Shown here in pieces: positions 50,572 through 63,100 of a DNA stretch of 64,000 nucleotides. Under the pieces are notes generated by a model. The model made no database searches, was not told the DNA's origin, and was given only the letters and a program-made list of their open reading frames with translations. Position 1 is the first letter of the stretch. Each line of letters opens with the position of its first letter. This DNA is from Antedon mediterranea (lineage: Eukaryota; Animalia; Echinodermata), in assembly GCF_964355755.1 (NCBI RefSeq), contig NC_092673.1:11318948-11382947 (forward strand), read 5' to 3'. The position numbers and the translations under genes are program-made.

Positions 50572-52202
50572 CAATAATACACCTACAGTTGTCAAACAAA
50601 CGTACACCCCCATTGGAGAAGGCGGCCTTGTAGGTATAACACATGGACATTGCTATACCAGTAATAATATTTGAAATTTATTAAGCAGATAGTATTGTCT
50701 GAAAATTTTCAAATATCTTGTCTGGAAATGAGAAAATAAGAGTCACTTGAAAAATTTGTTATAGATGCAAATTACTACTAATCGAACATTCCTGAGTTAT
50801 GAACTTCAGGGATCTATTTTGAGACCTTCTTTTCATTATTTTATATCAATGATCTTCCGGATGTCATTGCTAAACTGTGCTGCTTTGTTTTTTTGTGTGC
50901 ATATGATATCACTTGATTAATTATAATGTTTAAATAGATTTATACATAACAAGAAATATTTCTTACAAAATCAATGCTCGCTTGTTGATGTAACAGTTTT
51001 GAAAATATATTGTCTCCCTCTCTCTTCAAATTTGCTTTTGAATGTGTCATTTTAATGTCACATTAACCCTTTTACGGCCAATAGTTTTTGAGATTGTAGG
51101 AATGTGTATTACCTGTACAGGTCAAAGGTCAATAAGAACATTTTGGGTCATTTTCGTGAAAAAGTTCTTATTAGACTGAATAGAAACATACACCTTCAGA
51201 ATAATTTGAGCCCTATTTAAAGTTTGTCCAACTGTTAGTTACGGAGTCCATTTTTGGACAAACTTTTCCATTAGAACGAATATTAATATGCGTCTCCCAA
51301 ATAATTTGACACTAAAATTATTTCATTTAATCTGAGCGTTACAAAGATATGACGATTTTGTTTTCAATGGGTCAAAAAATTCAAGTTGAGGTCAGAGGTC
51401 AAAGATGAATTTTAGAAATTTGACAACATGGGTTTTTACAACCAGCATGATTCAAATATTCATAAAACACAATGTTTACACTTTCCCCATGATCTGCACA
51501 CGAAAATACATAGGGATCTGGACTAATATATTTTTTTTATATTGTCTAATTAATGTAATTAGTTAATTAATGATATTTGAATGTTTAGATTTTGTGAAAA
51601 CATAGTTTGATATACATAATCAAAATATGGAAGAAAAAAAATTTTCAAAAATACCAGATTTTTAGGTTAGTGTCACTTTGTGATGCCGACAACGATATGG
51701 ACATTGCATGTCACTTGAGTATTGCACTGGTATAAATTATGACCATAGATTACAGAGTCAAAAAATAAATGTTCATAATATGTTGGCAAAGTTATGAAAT
51801 GTTATGTTATCACATTTTAGAGATACATAAGCCAAAAAAGTGAAAGAAAGAAATAAGAAAAACATAGAAAAAAAAACAAGAGAATTACAATGAGTTATCC
51901 GCTTGTAGCGAATAACTAATATCATAGAAAAAAAAAAGATCCTGACAATAACAAGGGGTTATCCGCCAAGTCAGTGGTGGCGCCAGTGGGGGGGGGGGCT
52001 ACGGGGGCTGTAGCCCCCTCGTCGGGGAGCCTAGCCCCCACGTCGGGGAACGCGAGTACTTTTCGTCGGGGAATATAATATAAAGTAAAAATCATTCGCG
52101 TTCACTTCGTAGCTTCAGCGACTAGAAAACCGCGAAGTTCCATTTTTGTTAAGTACGTCGGAGGGCTATTACACTTTATTATGCATGCATTATTGCCAGC
52201 GA

Positions 52203-53919
52203 TCTAATCTATATTATAAGTGAGAGAGTTTGTCTGTTTGTTTGTTCGTTATACAAATTTTTGTTACTGCACATAATCTTACATATGGGGTATCAAAATG
52301 ACCGCAATTGTACCGAGAATGTTCTAAGCTATATTTCAACATCATCCGCCACCTAGGATCCAAGTTAGGGACCAAAATGTGGTCAAAACCCCCACTTTCG
52401 ATGTTTGTTCGTTATACAAATGTCTGTTTCTGCACGTAACCATACGTATGGGGTATCAAAATGATGGCAATTGTACCCGGAAGGTTTTAAACTACATTTA
52501 AAAAAATTACCCCAACTCCTGGGGTTTTTGTTGGAGGGGTGGGGGGGTGGTTGTGTGGTGGTTTGTGATGTCATATTTGCTAGGGCTCGGGGTTGTAGGC
52601 TATCGAATTGTAAATTATACTACAAAGGTTTTACAGTATTTCAATTATCCTCAGGAAAGTGTTTGGGGAAATATAGATATAGATAATATACATATTTCAA
52701 TCATTAACCAATATGACACCTATTCAATTACACATTTAGCAAACTACTTTAACCATATCCAGCTATGTATCGGTCTCTTGGATTGTCTCATTACAGACAT
52801 CCATTCCTGTGTGAACATACACACGTTGTTTACTGTTACTGTGTACAACTACACACCATGCCTCCAAGGAAAAAACGTCCATTGTGGGAGAGTGGGGTTG
52901 GGAGTTGGGGTTCAGGGGATAGTGGGGATTTTGCTTAGACCAGAATTGTGTTTGGAAATGTTAAAGTATTTAATTATCCCTGGGAAAGCGGCTGGGAGTT
53001 TGGGGTGGGGATGTAGGCCTATCACCATGACCGAAACTGTATTTGGAATGTTTTAAACTACATTTGAAAACTGCCACTGAGGGATTATGGGTTGGGAGTG
53101 ATAAAAACATAATTTGTACTGGAACAGTCTTCAACACATCACCCAGTGTATCTGGGGTGTGTTTGTAGGGGGAGGAGGAAGAGCGAAAATACTGGCGTAA
53201 TGAAGTAGCCTATATGCTTGGAATTGTACTAGGAAAAGTTACTATATTTTAACTGTCTAGGGGAGGAGTTAAGGTTTGTTGATTGTGGCTGGTGGTGAGA
53301 GGAGAAAGAAGGCTGGGGGACCGCAGTATCTAAATTAGATACATGACTGAAACTGGGAATGTTTAAAACTACATTTGAAAACTGCCACTGAGGGATTATG
53401 GGTTGGAAGTGATGGCTAACATAATTTGTACTGGTGAGAGGAGAAAGAAGGCCGGGGGACCGCAGTATCAACATTATATATTTTAATTATCAGCCAATAT
53501 GACACCTACTCATTTACACAGTTTACAACGTACTTAAGCCATAGGCCTATCATAGCTATGTATGCCCTCTCAATTTGAAGCTAAAGTTTAATTGAATTTG
53601 TCCTTCACTGTAAAGACAGGGAAAAATTTCATTTAAAAATTTTGTTTAGCAATATTGCTAATCAAACTGATTTTTCAGTCGAGAAACATAGTTTTGTATT
53701 GTATTTTTTGCTACACAATTTTAAAAATGTGTAGCAATAAGGTTGTTTTGTATAGCTTTTTGCAATGCTACACTGGCGAAAATGTTCCCTGAAAGAGTGT
53801 GGGGTGTTATTAAGGGGTGGAGGTTGGTGCGTATACGGAGATACTGGCGTCGGGTGTTATGTACTGAGAAGGCTTTAAACTCATTTTGAAACCCGCCCTG
53901 GGGCGGGTATAATTGCTAG
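52203..53919 (+). mobile_element. Non-autonomous canonical Helitron
   Basis: A|TC start, GTTT/GTCT microsatellite, 3' hairpin ACCCGCCC-tg-GGGCGGGT, then CTAG|T. Confidence 0.78.
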
Positions 53920-54152
53920 TAAACAATAGGTATGCACTTGTCTGGCGGTGTCCCTTTGTACGAATCGTTTAACATTGGGCCCGGCCCATTGCGGTTTACG
54001 CGTGATATCATGTTCCACCCAGGGACCAGAATGTGTACTGTAGTTTACTTTCCAGGTTTCAAGTTTACTGACGCGTTACGTCGTGTACTGTGTATCGACA
54101 GCAAAAGGGTACGAATTATCTTCGCGATCTATTTTATTGTTCGTATGTTCAA

Positions 54153-54831
54153 TTTTTAGTCGCGTGGAAGCAACTCTATAGTTCACTATGTCGGTCTGTC
54201 GGTCCGGTATCACTATGCGTTTTATCGCTTTCTGACCTTATCTTGATATCAGTTTAATCTAGCTAAGTCAATTTTTCACAGTATATTCCATATGGCCAGG
54301 AATCGATGTGGTTATGTTTTCACGGTGCGCAATAAAAAATTACGCGGTCTACGCACGATTTAACGAAATCACGTTTGTAATCATATCTTCACAACCATGA
54401 ATCACAATTAAATAAAATTTGGTACTCATAAATTTCAGGGCATAAATCATCATATGACAATACAATGACGTGCGTAGCGCATGTAACGCATGCGTACGCG
54501 TGCTTAAAATTTTCAAAATTTATTTTCAACGAAATAAGAGTACGTTTCAGGCAATTTTAAGCGTTTACAAAATTGCCATGAGTGCGCAGATTTTTGCGTG
54601 CGCACTCTTTTTGCCCGATTTCTGTTTTCTTGACTTACTTTTCAACTCGAAATTACGTTATACGAGCACGTCAAAAGTGACAGGCTACGCACGTGTAAAT
54701 TAAAAAATATAACTGTTTTTAAACATTTCAACATTTTTAAACATGTTCAGTAATTTCGGTCAGTTGGTAGGTCGGTCGGTCGGTCGGTAAACACTAAGCA
54801 CGCGACTGCAGCCATCTATATGGCCTTGTTT
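54153..54831 (+). mobile_element. DINE-1-like (Helentron-associated) element
   Basis: T-run start, sub-TIRs AGTCGCGTG/CACGCGACT, (GTCG)n microsatellite and 3' hairpin GCCAT..ATGGC then TT; a solo 3' end lies at about 57230..57303. Confidence 0.75.
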
Positions 54832-55149
54832 AATTTACGATTACCGTGGGGTACCTGAACCTGAAATAGACGTTTTTCACTGTAGGCTCGGCCTACATTA
54901 CTAAACAAAAAACATGCCATTTTCGTTTAGCCAACATCTTATTATAGCTAAGTTATTACATTTCCAATGTCCTGTATGTCATGAACTGCTCGTACATCGA
55001 AATTCCAGATTCACGTCTGGGAAATAAACTTATTTTCCCGACGGAAAATGGTCTACGCTTGTGGACGCATTCCCCTCCAAATAAAAGGTAAAAAGGGTAA
55101 CTTGTTTAGGCCTCTATGTCTGAATTTTTTTAAAGTATAGGTGTAATTT

Positions 55150-55830
55150 TTGAAGACCTGCATTTCTAGTTTTCAAAATTGTCTTAGCTCAACCGTCCCC
55201 AATTATAGAGCTGGTCATGTATACTTACCGTACATTTTGTTTCATATTTCGATGTACAATATACAGTCAGTGCATTGAAGCTAGAGAGCTCTATTTTTTT
55301 CTATTTTTTTTTATATCCATGGTAGGGCTGGTTCTGGAGACGTACCGGTATATATCTTGTTTTATGCTTCGAAGTATAATAAGTTAAATTTCCGGGAACT
55401 AGCAACTCTATTTTTCAGAATGTTCTTAGCTCCACCCCAACCATGGTGGGCTGGACCTATAATTTCGTTTCATATTTCAATGTTTTGCAGGGACCTAGCA
55501 GCTCTATCTTTTGACAATTTTCTTAGCTCTGGTTCTGTAGACTTATAATTTCGTTTCATTTATCAATATGGGCCTATATAAGTGAAATTTCCAGGTACCT
55601 AGCAGGTCTATTTTTCACAATTTTCTTAGCAGCTCCACCCTAGTGGTAGGGCCTTATATATTTTGTTTATTTTTTTCGAAATACTATAATCCAGTATGTC
55701 CTTAGCTCCATCTCAACCTCAGTGGGCTTGTTCTCGGATAGACTTGTAATTTCGTTTTATATATCAATGTATAATTGCAATTTCCGGGGACCTAGCAGCT
55801 CTATTTTTCAAAATTTTCTTACAGATCAGA
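55150..55830. repeat. Degenerate tandem repeat of about 110-120 bp
   Basis: Recurring GGACCTAGCAGCTCTATTTTT..TTTCTTAGCTC; a related copy lies at about 48440..48610. Confidence 0.65.
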
Positions 55831-58800
55831 CCATGGATATCTCGCGCATTTACAATTTTCGCACCCCCAGACAGCAACCTGCCTACGTCTCTGCGATTAT
55901 AGCGATATACCTCTTGGCCCGTGGGTAGGTTTTACGTTCGCGTATATTTTCTATGATAGGTATATTGAACTTTAAAAACTTCATTTTTAAATTTGAAAGA
56001 ATGGATTTACACAGTCATCGTACCGGACCTTTTGCAATGTGTTTTTCACACAGTATTTTATTTATGTACCATACAAAATTGAAAAAATTGGCTACCCTAA
56101 ATCTGATTAAAACGGCCTCAAATTACGCTATAACGTGTTGCTTCCGGGGACTCCCCCCCCCCCTGTACCCCCACCAGGGGCCCTTGGCGGCCCCCTGACC
56201 CCCAGCCAAGTGATGCTCACTTCACTCGCATTCCCCCCCCCCCCGTCGGGGAATTTAGCATATCCTCCCCCTCCCCGTCGGGGAATTTAGCATATCCCCC
56301 CCCCCCCTCGGGGAATTTAGCCCCCGCGTCGGAAAGATCCTGGCGCCACCCCTGCGCCAAGTGCGGATAACCAAAAATAAAATTATAAATTGCTACACTA
56401 TTCAGATCGATCCTTTCTGAATAGCTAATTAGAAAGCTAATTAGTTGGCCTTTATTCAAAGGAATGCTCTGGTAAAATTGCATCTGAATTTGTATTAATA
56501 ATTTTAAAAGTATTTTAAATAAATTATTTAAACATTAGTATGAATATTCAAAATCACAATTAAATATAAATCCCTGTTTTTAAAGTAACCAAATACTTCA
56601 AGAAAAGGCTTTATCTGTTTTGTCCCCCAAAAAAAAACATTTAAAAAATCAGAAAACATTGTTTTTCTCTTTTGTCATAATTAATAGAACGCACATTTAA
56701 GACGAGAAATGACCTGGTTTAATGTTGTTAAAGTTATATAGGACTATATGCATTATTTTTACAAAACATCAAAAATTACAGGTCTAGTGTCTTTTTTAAC
56801 AACATCGAGAAAAAAAGAGTACAGTAACTGCATAGAGAAACAAGTTATTTCTCCATAGTAACTGTGACCTACTGCGAACGTGCATATTCAGATCGACAGT
56901 GTGTTTTGCAAGTATGACGTCATGAGCTCAGACATGCATCATTAATGGTTATGTGATATGTACGTCGTCTATAGTTTCTGCCTTAACCTAATAGGAAAAA
57001 AATAATGCGTCCGAATGATGCAGGACTGACACATGGTCCCTGCTTGCTGGAGATGGTAACTTTCATACCGTTGAAATTGAAGTCCCTTAATAGTTATCCT
57101 CTTATTTACCTCCGCCAAGAAGCTATATGTAGTCGATCGTGTGTCTCAAATACTCAAATAATTATTGCACGATCTTTACCAAAATGAAAATATAGATAGA
57201 TATGTGGTGAAGGACCACTCCATTAAATTGGATCGGTCGGTTCTGGTCGGTAAACACTATCCTAACTTGAGCACCCGACTGCAGCCATGTATATGGCCTT
57301 GTTAGTACATTTTCAGACCTGCTAGTGTTAAAAGATAGAGAATTTTCAAAAGCCGGCGAGCAGTCTTAAAGTAACAAGTAAACTGAAATTGCATATTCTC
57401 GAGAACTACTTGTCCAAACAACTTCATTTTTGCACAAGAGGCAAGAGTTATAATTTTTGATTTGTAATTTTAAAACATAATTTGATCAGGGAGTTGTAAC
57501 GCTGATTTGATTTAACGCACAGGTTTTTTTATACGAGTAATTTTTAAAACCCTAGGCCTATTTCAATTCAAATTAACCCGTTACGTGGCGTTGTCGTTGC
57601 TGTTCTATTGTGAGTCAACTGAAACATTGTTAGTTGAAAGGCTGGTTACATAACCATTACACCAAATTCACATACACATGGTTGTAGTAAAATTGATTTT
57701 ATATTATTGTATTTAAACTTTTTAATTTATTTTAATGCAATTTGAAATTTTAAGGATTTTCTTGCGCAAATCATGTTCTCTAACAACATTAATTAATTAA
57801 CAAGAAAATAATGCATATGGTATACTCATTAGGCGAATGTATGTAATGCGTGATTTAAAATAGCGCAAAGATTTTCATTGCTCAATGGAATCTGCACAAC
57901 ATTGTTTAATTTGAAATTGCGCAAGGAAATCTTTGCGCAATTTTAATAACATTTTATTCTTTTACCTGTATTTTTTTGTAAATGCATACGGATTTATATG
58001 AGCTTTGGTTTTATCAAATACGGAAAATAACATGCGATGTTCCAAATTTTCTGCGCAATTTGAATATTGATTGAATTTGCGCAGAAAATCCTCCTCGCAT
58101 AACAGAAATAAATTTAATTAATTAAAATAATATGAAATCAAATAAACTCAGTTCATTATGTTTTGTACTATAGGAGACTTCCACATGCAGCCACCAAAAT
58201 GCGTTGTAATCATGTTCCTAACATTAAAAAATATATACATATATTCAAGGCATTCAGAATTTGAGATGCAAATGCATTGTGTGTAGGCCTATACCTACTG
58301 AGCCATTGGAAATCACATCAAAATGGTACATAATGTAGCCGAGGCTACCAACTATCTAAAAAAACGTTCGTCGTAGTTGTTTTCCAACTATACCAATACA
58401 TTTCTCGTGAGCAACGGAATCGTCGGAAGTTCGAAAGTCCGTAGTTTTAGGTGATGAAATACCTACACCGTTATCTATACACCCATCACCCCACTCCCAT
58501 ATTTAGACAGTATTCTGAACAGCTGATGACCCCTCTGTGTTATCTCCTTGTTGATAAACTGGACCATTAATATATAAATGACTAACCTCAGTGACCGATA
58601 CTGTGGTCTATAATTAGAAACCGTTATTTACATTGTTGCTATATCCAATATGTGTAACCAATAGCATTTCATCTAATTTTAGAGCTATAGGCCTACGATA
58701 TTTTATCTTGTTAAGTAAATTACTGTTAATCAATCGTGTGGTTATTTATATCGAACTGATCATCACGATACTCTATGCCAATACTATGTTTTTATAATTA

Positions 58801-59864
58801 CCCAAACGACGATTAAATGTGTATAGTTGGTTATAGGATGGATTTCTCCATGGTTCCAAGGCCTACTGCAGTTAATTTCTCGAAATCTAACGGCTACCAC
58901 TACCAATGACCGATTGATAGACCTAATGATACTCTTTGTTGTTCATATGGAAATACACTATAGAAAATACACATTTGAAACTGGAAGGCATGATAAAAAA
59001 AACAGCAATTGTATACTGTAAAAGAACATTTTAAATGAAAGTTATATACCTTATTTAGGCCTATAACAAATTTACCATTAACATTTTACCAAGTTTCCGT
59101 CAGACTGATCTTTCTAACAGCAGATTTTCATTTCATATTTAAAAGGTAAAGCTTAGTAGCCTACAGAAAATCAATCACATGACTAGAAAAATAACATATT
59201 TTTGTATTGGATAAAATATTAAGTAAATATTACAATAGTACTGTATGCTATAAAGAGAGAAAGATCATTCCAATCAAATTCCGAGTTCATTCAAGAGTAG
59301 CTCCATTTTTACAATGCCTATCTCTTCATTACAAAATATTAAAATTTAAGAAAAAAAAATAAAAATCTCATTTGAAGCAGGACGAGCGTTGTGATATGAG
59401 GTCATTACAAAAATGGCATACTACAGGACATGAATACACGAATTTACCGATTTCCAATGGCCTATCATTAACTGGGTAACTATTATGATTCTGATTATTT
59501 GATTTGATTATGTACAGCATTTATTATCTATTTTAATATTGTATTTCTTTTCTTGTTTTTGTGTGTGTTCTCTTCTGTAATAATGTTGTTATGCCTATAT
59601 CTACGCTATTACGATTGTAACGCAGAGTGCCAAGTGGAGTTATTTAAATGTTTTTTTTAAAAACGGTTAATATAGGCCTATTTCATAACACATAAGGTTC
59701 CCCAATAAAGTGATTTGACCTGGAGTGGTGTTCCAAAAGTATATGAATAAAAAGGGGACGACAGTGAAACCCACATTTTCATCAGAAATGTCCAACGGAA
59801 AGTGGCATTGAAACTCCACACGATCGACCATTTTCGGATAGGCGGAGTCCCGACAGCGAATAAA

Positions 59865-59920
59865 TAGCTGATTGGTCGAAGAATCCTAATTCGTCAATAA
59901 CGGACGCCGTTATATAGGGC
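59865..59920 (+). promoter_or_regulatory. Putative core promoter of the HMGR-like gene
   Basis: Inverted CCAAT box (CTGATTGG, about 59868) and TATATAG (about 59911), 160-210 bp upstream of the ATG, in a locally CpG-richer patch. Confidence 0.35.
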
Positions 59921-60078
59921 ATACAAACTTGAATAATAAACAAAACAATCTTATTTGAGGTAGAGCTTTGTAGGAACACGCTATATAAGTAACATTTTAG
60001 CTCTTCGATACCCATTCGGCAATTTACGGCAATAAATCAGCTTTGATAGTGTTGCGTTGTCACGTTTCTTCAAGCAGA

Positions 60079-60179
60079 ATGAGCTCAATCCGTTACAGCA
60101 CAAGACTGCTACAGAAAACCAAAGATGTGGTAAAGTGTCAATTCAAACGAGCTGTCAGTAACACTACTTCAAATACAAG
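60079..60179 (+). CDS. HMGR-like exon 1 (putative transit peptide)
   Basis: MSSIRYSTRLLQKTKDVVKCQFKRAVSNTTSNT(R); AG|GTATTA donor, phase 2; TATA- and CCAAT-like motifs upstream. Confidence 0.62.
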
Positions 60180-63100
60180 GTATTATAGGCCTAAAGTATG
60201 TCTATTTAATAAGTATAGAGTTTGTAAAAGTTGTTTGAAACGAATTGGGCAACAAAGTGGTTTTACTTCTAAAACAGATACTGTACTTCCAGTCACTGAT
60301 TTTTCAATCACATAAAATATTTATATTAGTTAAGCAATAAATAAATAAAATACCGTAAACGTTATTTTAGATAATGTATTTTTTATTAAAGGCAAATCAG
60401 GTACCGTATGGTCACGCTCACAGGGAATGATTTGCACGTTATCTATACCTTGTGTTTATTTATAGATATGTATATAGTTGGTCACTATAAGCTAAACAAT
60501 AATGTTATAAGTTGCCAAATCAATATGTTGCAGAATTTGCTTGTGGGTGTGTCTTACCGGTCCGGTTTTTGTTTTGTTTTTGATACCATGAAATATGAAA
60601 TTTGAAAAAAAATTCAATATGTTGAGAAGATCATATATACCAGATTTTTCATTTTTTTGACTCTTTGATAAACTTTATGAACTTCGACTTATTCGATATC
60701 CTTGTTAGAAATGGAGTTGCAACACAGAGTAGAACAAGGTCGACCCTAGTTCAAGAGAAAGGAACACAAACAAGGTAGGCCTCCGTCCGTAGCCACAAAC
60801 AAAATGTATAACCTAAAACTAATGCGTCTCGGGATATATTAATTTTTACCTCTGGTTTAATATGATAATGGATGAAACGTTATAATACATTTTTTTGGGA
60901 AACTGTATAGGGCCTATACCGTAAATCTTCTAATAGTAACCCACACTCTAATAGTAACCCCCCTTTCTATTAGTAACCACCTTATAAGTCAATCTATAAT
61001 AATAACCCACTACTATAATATAAACCCATAGGGGTTTGTTGAGCCGTGAATGTGTGCAAAAAGTCACATTTGTGCAACCACCAAACATGCACCCTCAAAT
61101 GTGCAAATTTGTAAAAATGTATAATCCAGTAATGTGCAAAAATCACGCCGTTAAATGTAAAAACGATTAGTTTTGACGTTAAAATGTGCAAATGTGTAAC
61201 ACGTGTTCGCTGCTTGCTGGAGATTTCCTTTAAAATACAGACAACTTTTTTATATTATTTATTTAAAATGTATTTCTGTTATGCGCAGTTTATGTAATTT
61301 TTAATTGTGAGGATTTTCTTACGCAAATCATTTTCTTTAACAAAATTAATTAACAGGAAAATAATGTAGATGAAGTAGGTATATGAATATGGTATAATCC
61401 TTAAACGAATGTAAATGTTATGCATGATTTAAAATAGCTCAAAGATTTCGTTGCGCATTTGAATTTGCGCAAGAAATATTTGCGCAATTTTATTCTTTTA
61501 CCTGCATTTTTTATAAATGTATACATATTTTAATGAGCTTTGGTTTTATCAAATGCTGAAAATACCATGCGCAATTTGAATAGTGCTCAAGAAAATCGTC
61601 AATGAATTTCAAATTGCATAAATTTCAATTATCGCTCATAACAGAAATACATTAATAAAATAATATAAAATCTAATGAACTCAATTATGTTTTGTAAATT
61701 TCGTTTAAAATAAGAGAACAACTACAAGGGACTTAAATTTCAACGGTATGGAAGTTATCATTTCCAGAGAAGCAGCGACCACGGACATTCTCGGACATAT
61801 TCGGACATTCGGATTGTGTTTTTTCTTTCTTCAAAAACAGATTATTTCAGCCTGTACTACAATATATGTAATGCCATATCTTGAAAACATTGTTAGAATT
61901 AGGTTATAATTTTTAATAAACGATTTTGTTTGAGAAAAAATGATTTGCAAATTTGTAGAATTTCATTTGCACATTTTTAGACATTTGCACATTCAACGTC
62001 AAAACTAATCGTTTTTACATTTAACGGCGGGATATATGCACATTAGTGGATTATACATTTTTACAGATTTGCACATTTGAGGGTGCCATGTTTGCACAAA
62101 TGTGGTTGTTTGCACAAATGTGACTTTTTGCACATTTCACGGCTCAACAGGGTTACTATTAGAGTCACAAAAACTATTGACAAAATGATTGGCTGTTTAT
62201 GATGCAGCCGTATTTTGAAAATAAGGAGATAATTTGCATGTTTATCTCGGGGAGTGGGTGAAGATTGAATGTTTTTGAGTTTATAAAATATAGTTTGTTT
62301 ATTTGTACTGTTTTATTAGTTTTACTATGAGTACCGTAAGTAATGTATTTTACTCTATAGGGATTCAACTCAAGGAAGTCGGAAGGATGAAGGGTTTCGT
62401 ATATTGCATGAACATAAACGCACATCAACATCTCTCAATGAGCTTGTAGATAACTACGGTCCTGAAGTATATGAAAAGAATTGTGAAAACTTCATCGGTA
62501 CTGTCAAAATACCTACAGGAGTGGTATCTATCAAAGTCAACGGAAAACACGCAAATGGCACGTATACTGTTCCCATGGCAACGACAGAAGGGGCACTAGT
62601 GGCATCATACAATAGAGGCACTAAAGTTATCAATGAAGCAGGTGGAATCAATGCTGCTTTTATTCGTCAAAGAATTGTCAGAGCACCATTATATGAATTT
62701 AACAGTGTTGATGATGCATCAAAGTTCCAGGAATTTTACAGCCAGTCAGACACGTTTAAGCGAATGAAAGAAATAGCAGAGAAGACAACACGTCATGGTA
62801 AACTGCACAAAACAACCTGTCATGTCCACGGAAGTACGGTACACACACGAATGAGTTACTCAAGTGGAGATGCATCTGGACAAAACATCGTAACGTTTGC
62901 TACAGAACCTGTCTGTAAATGGATACAGAAGAACTCTCCAATTACTCCGACGGCTTGGTACATCGACAGTGGATTTTCCTTGGACAAGCGAGCTGGTTCG
63001 GCCAACGTAATAGACGGTCGTGGATCATATGTCACTGGGGAGGTAGTGATTCCAAGAGAGCTAATTGAGAAGAGGATGCATACATCTGGTAAGACAATGC

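Larger units (their letters stand above)
51972..56354. mobile_element. Non-autonomous hAT element carrying nested Helitrons
   Basis: TIR CAG(T/G)GGTGGCGCCAG, perfect 8-bp TSD CGCCAAGT, sub-terminal CGTCGGGGAA repeats at both ends. Confidence 0.88.

Noticed and set aside
52547-53056. 169-aa ORF
   Set aside because: Lies inside a non-autonomous Helitron, non-ATG start, no recognisable motifs.
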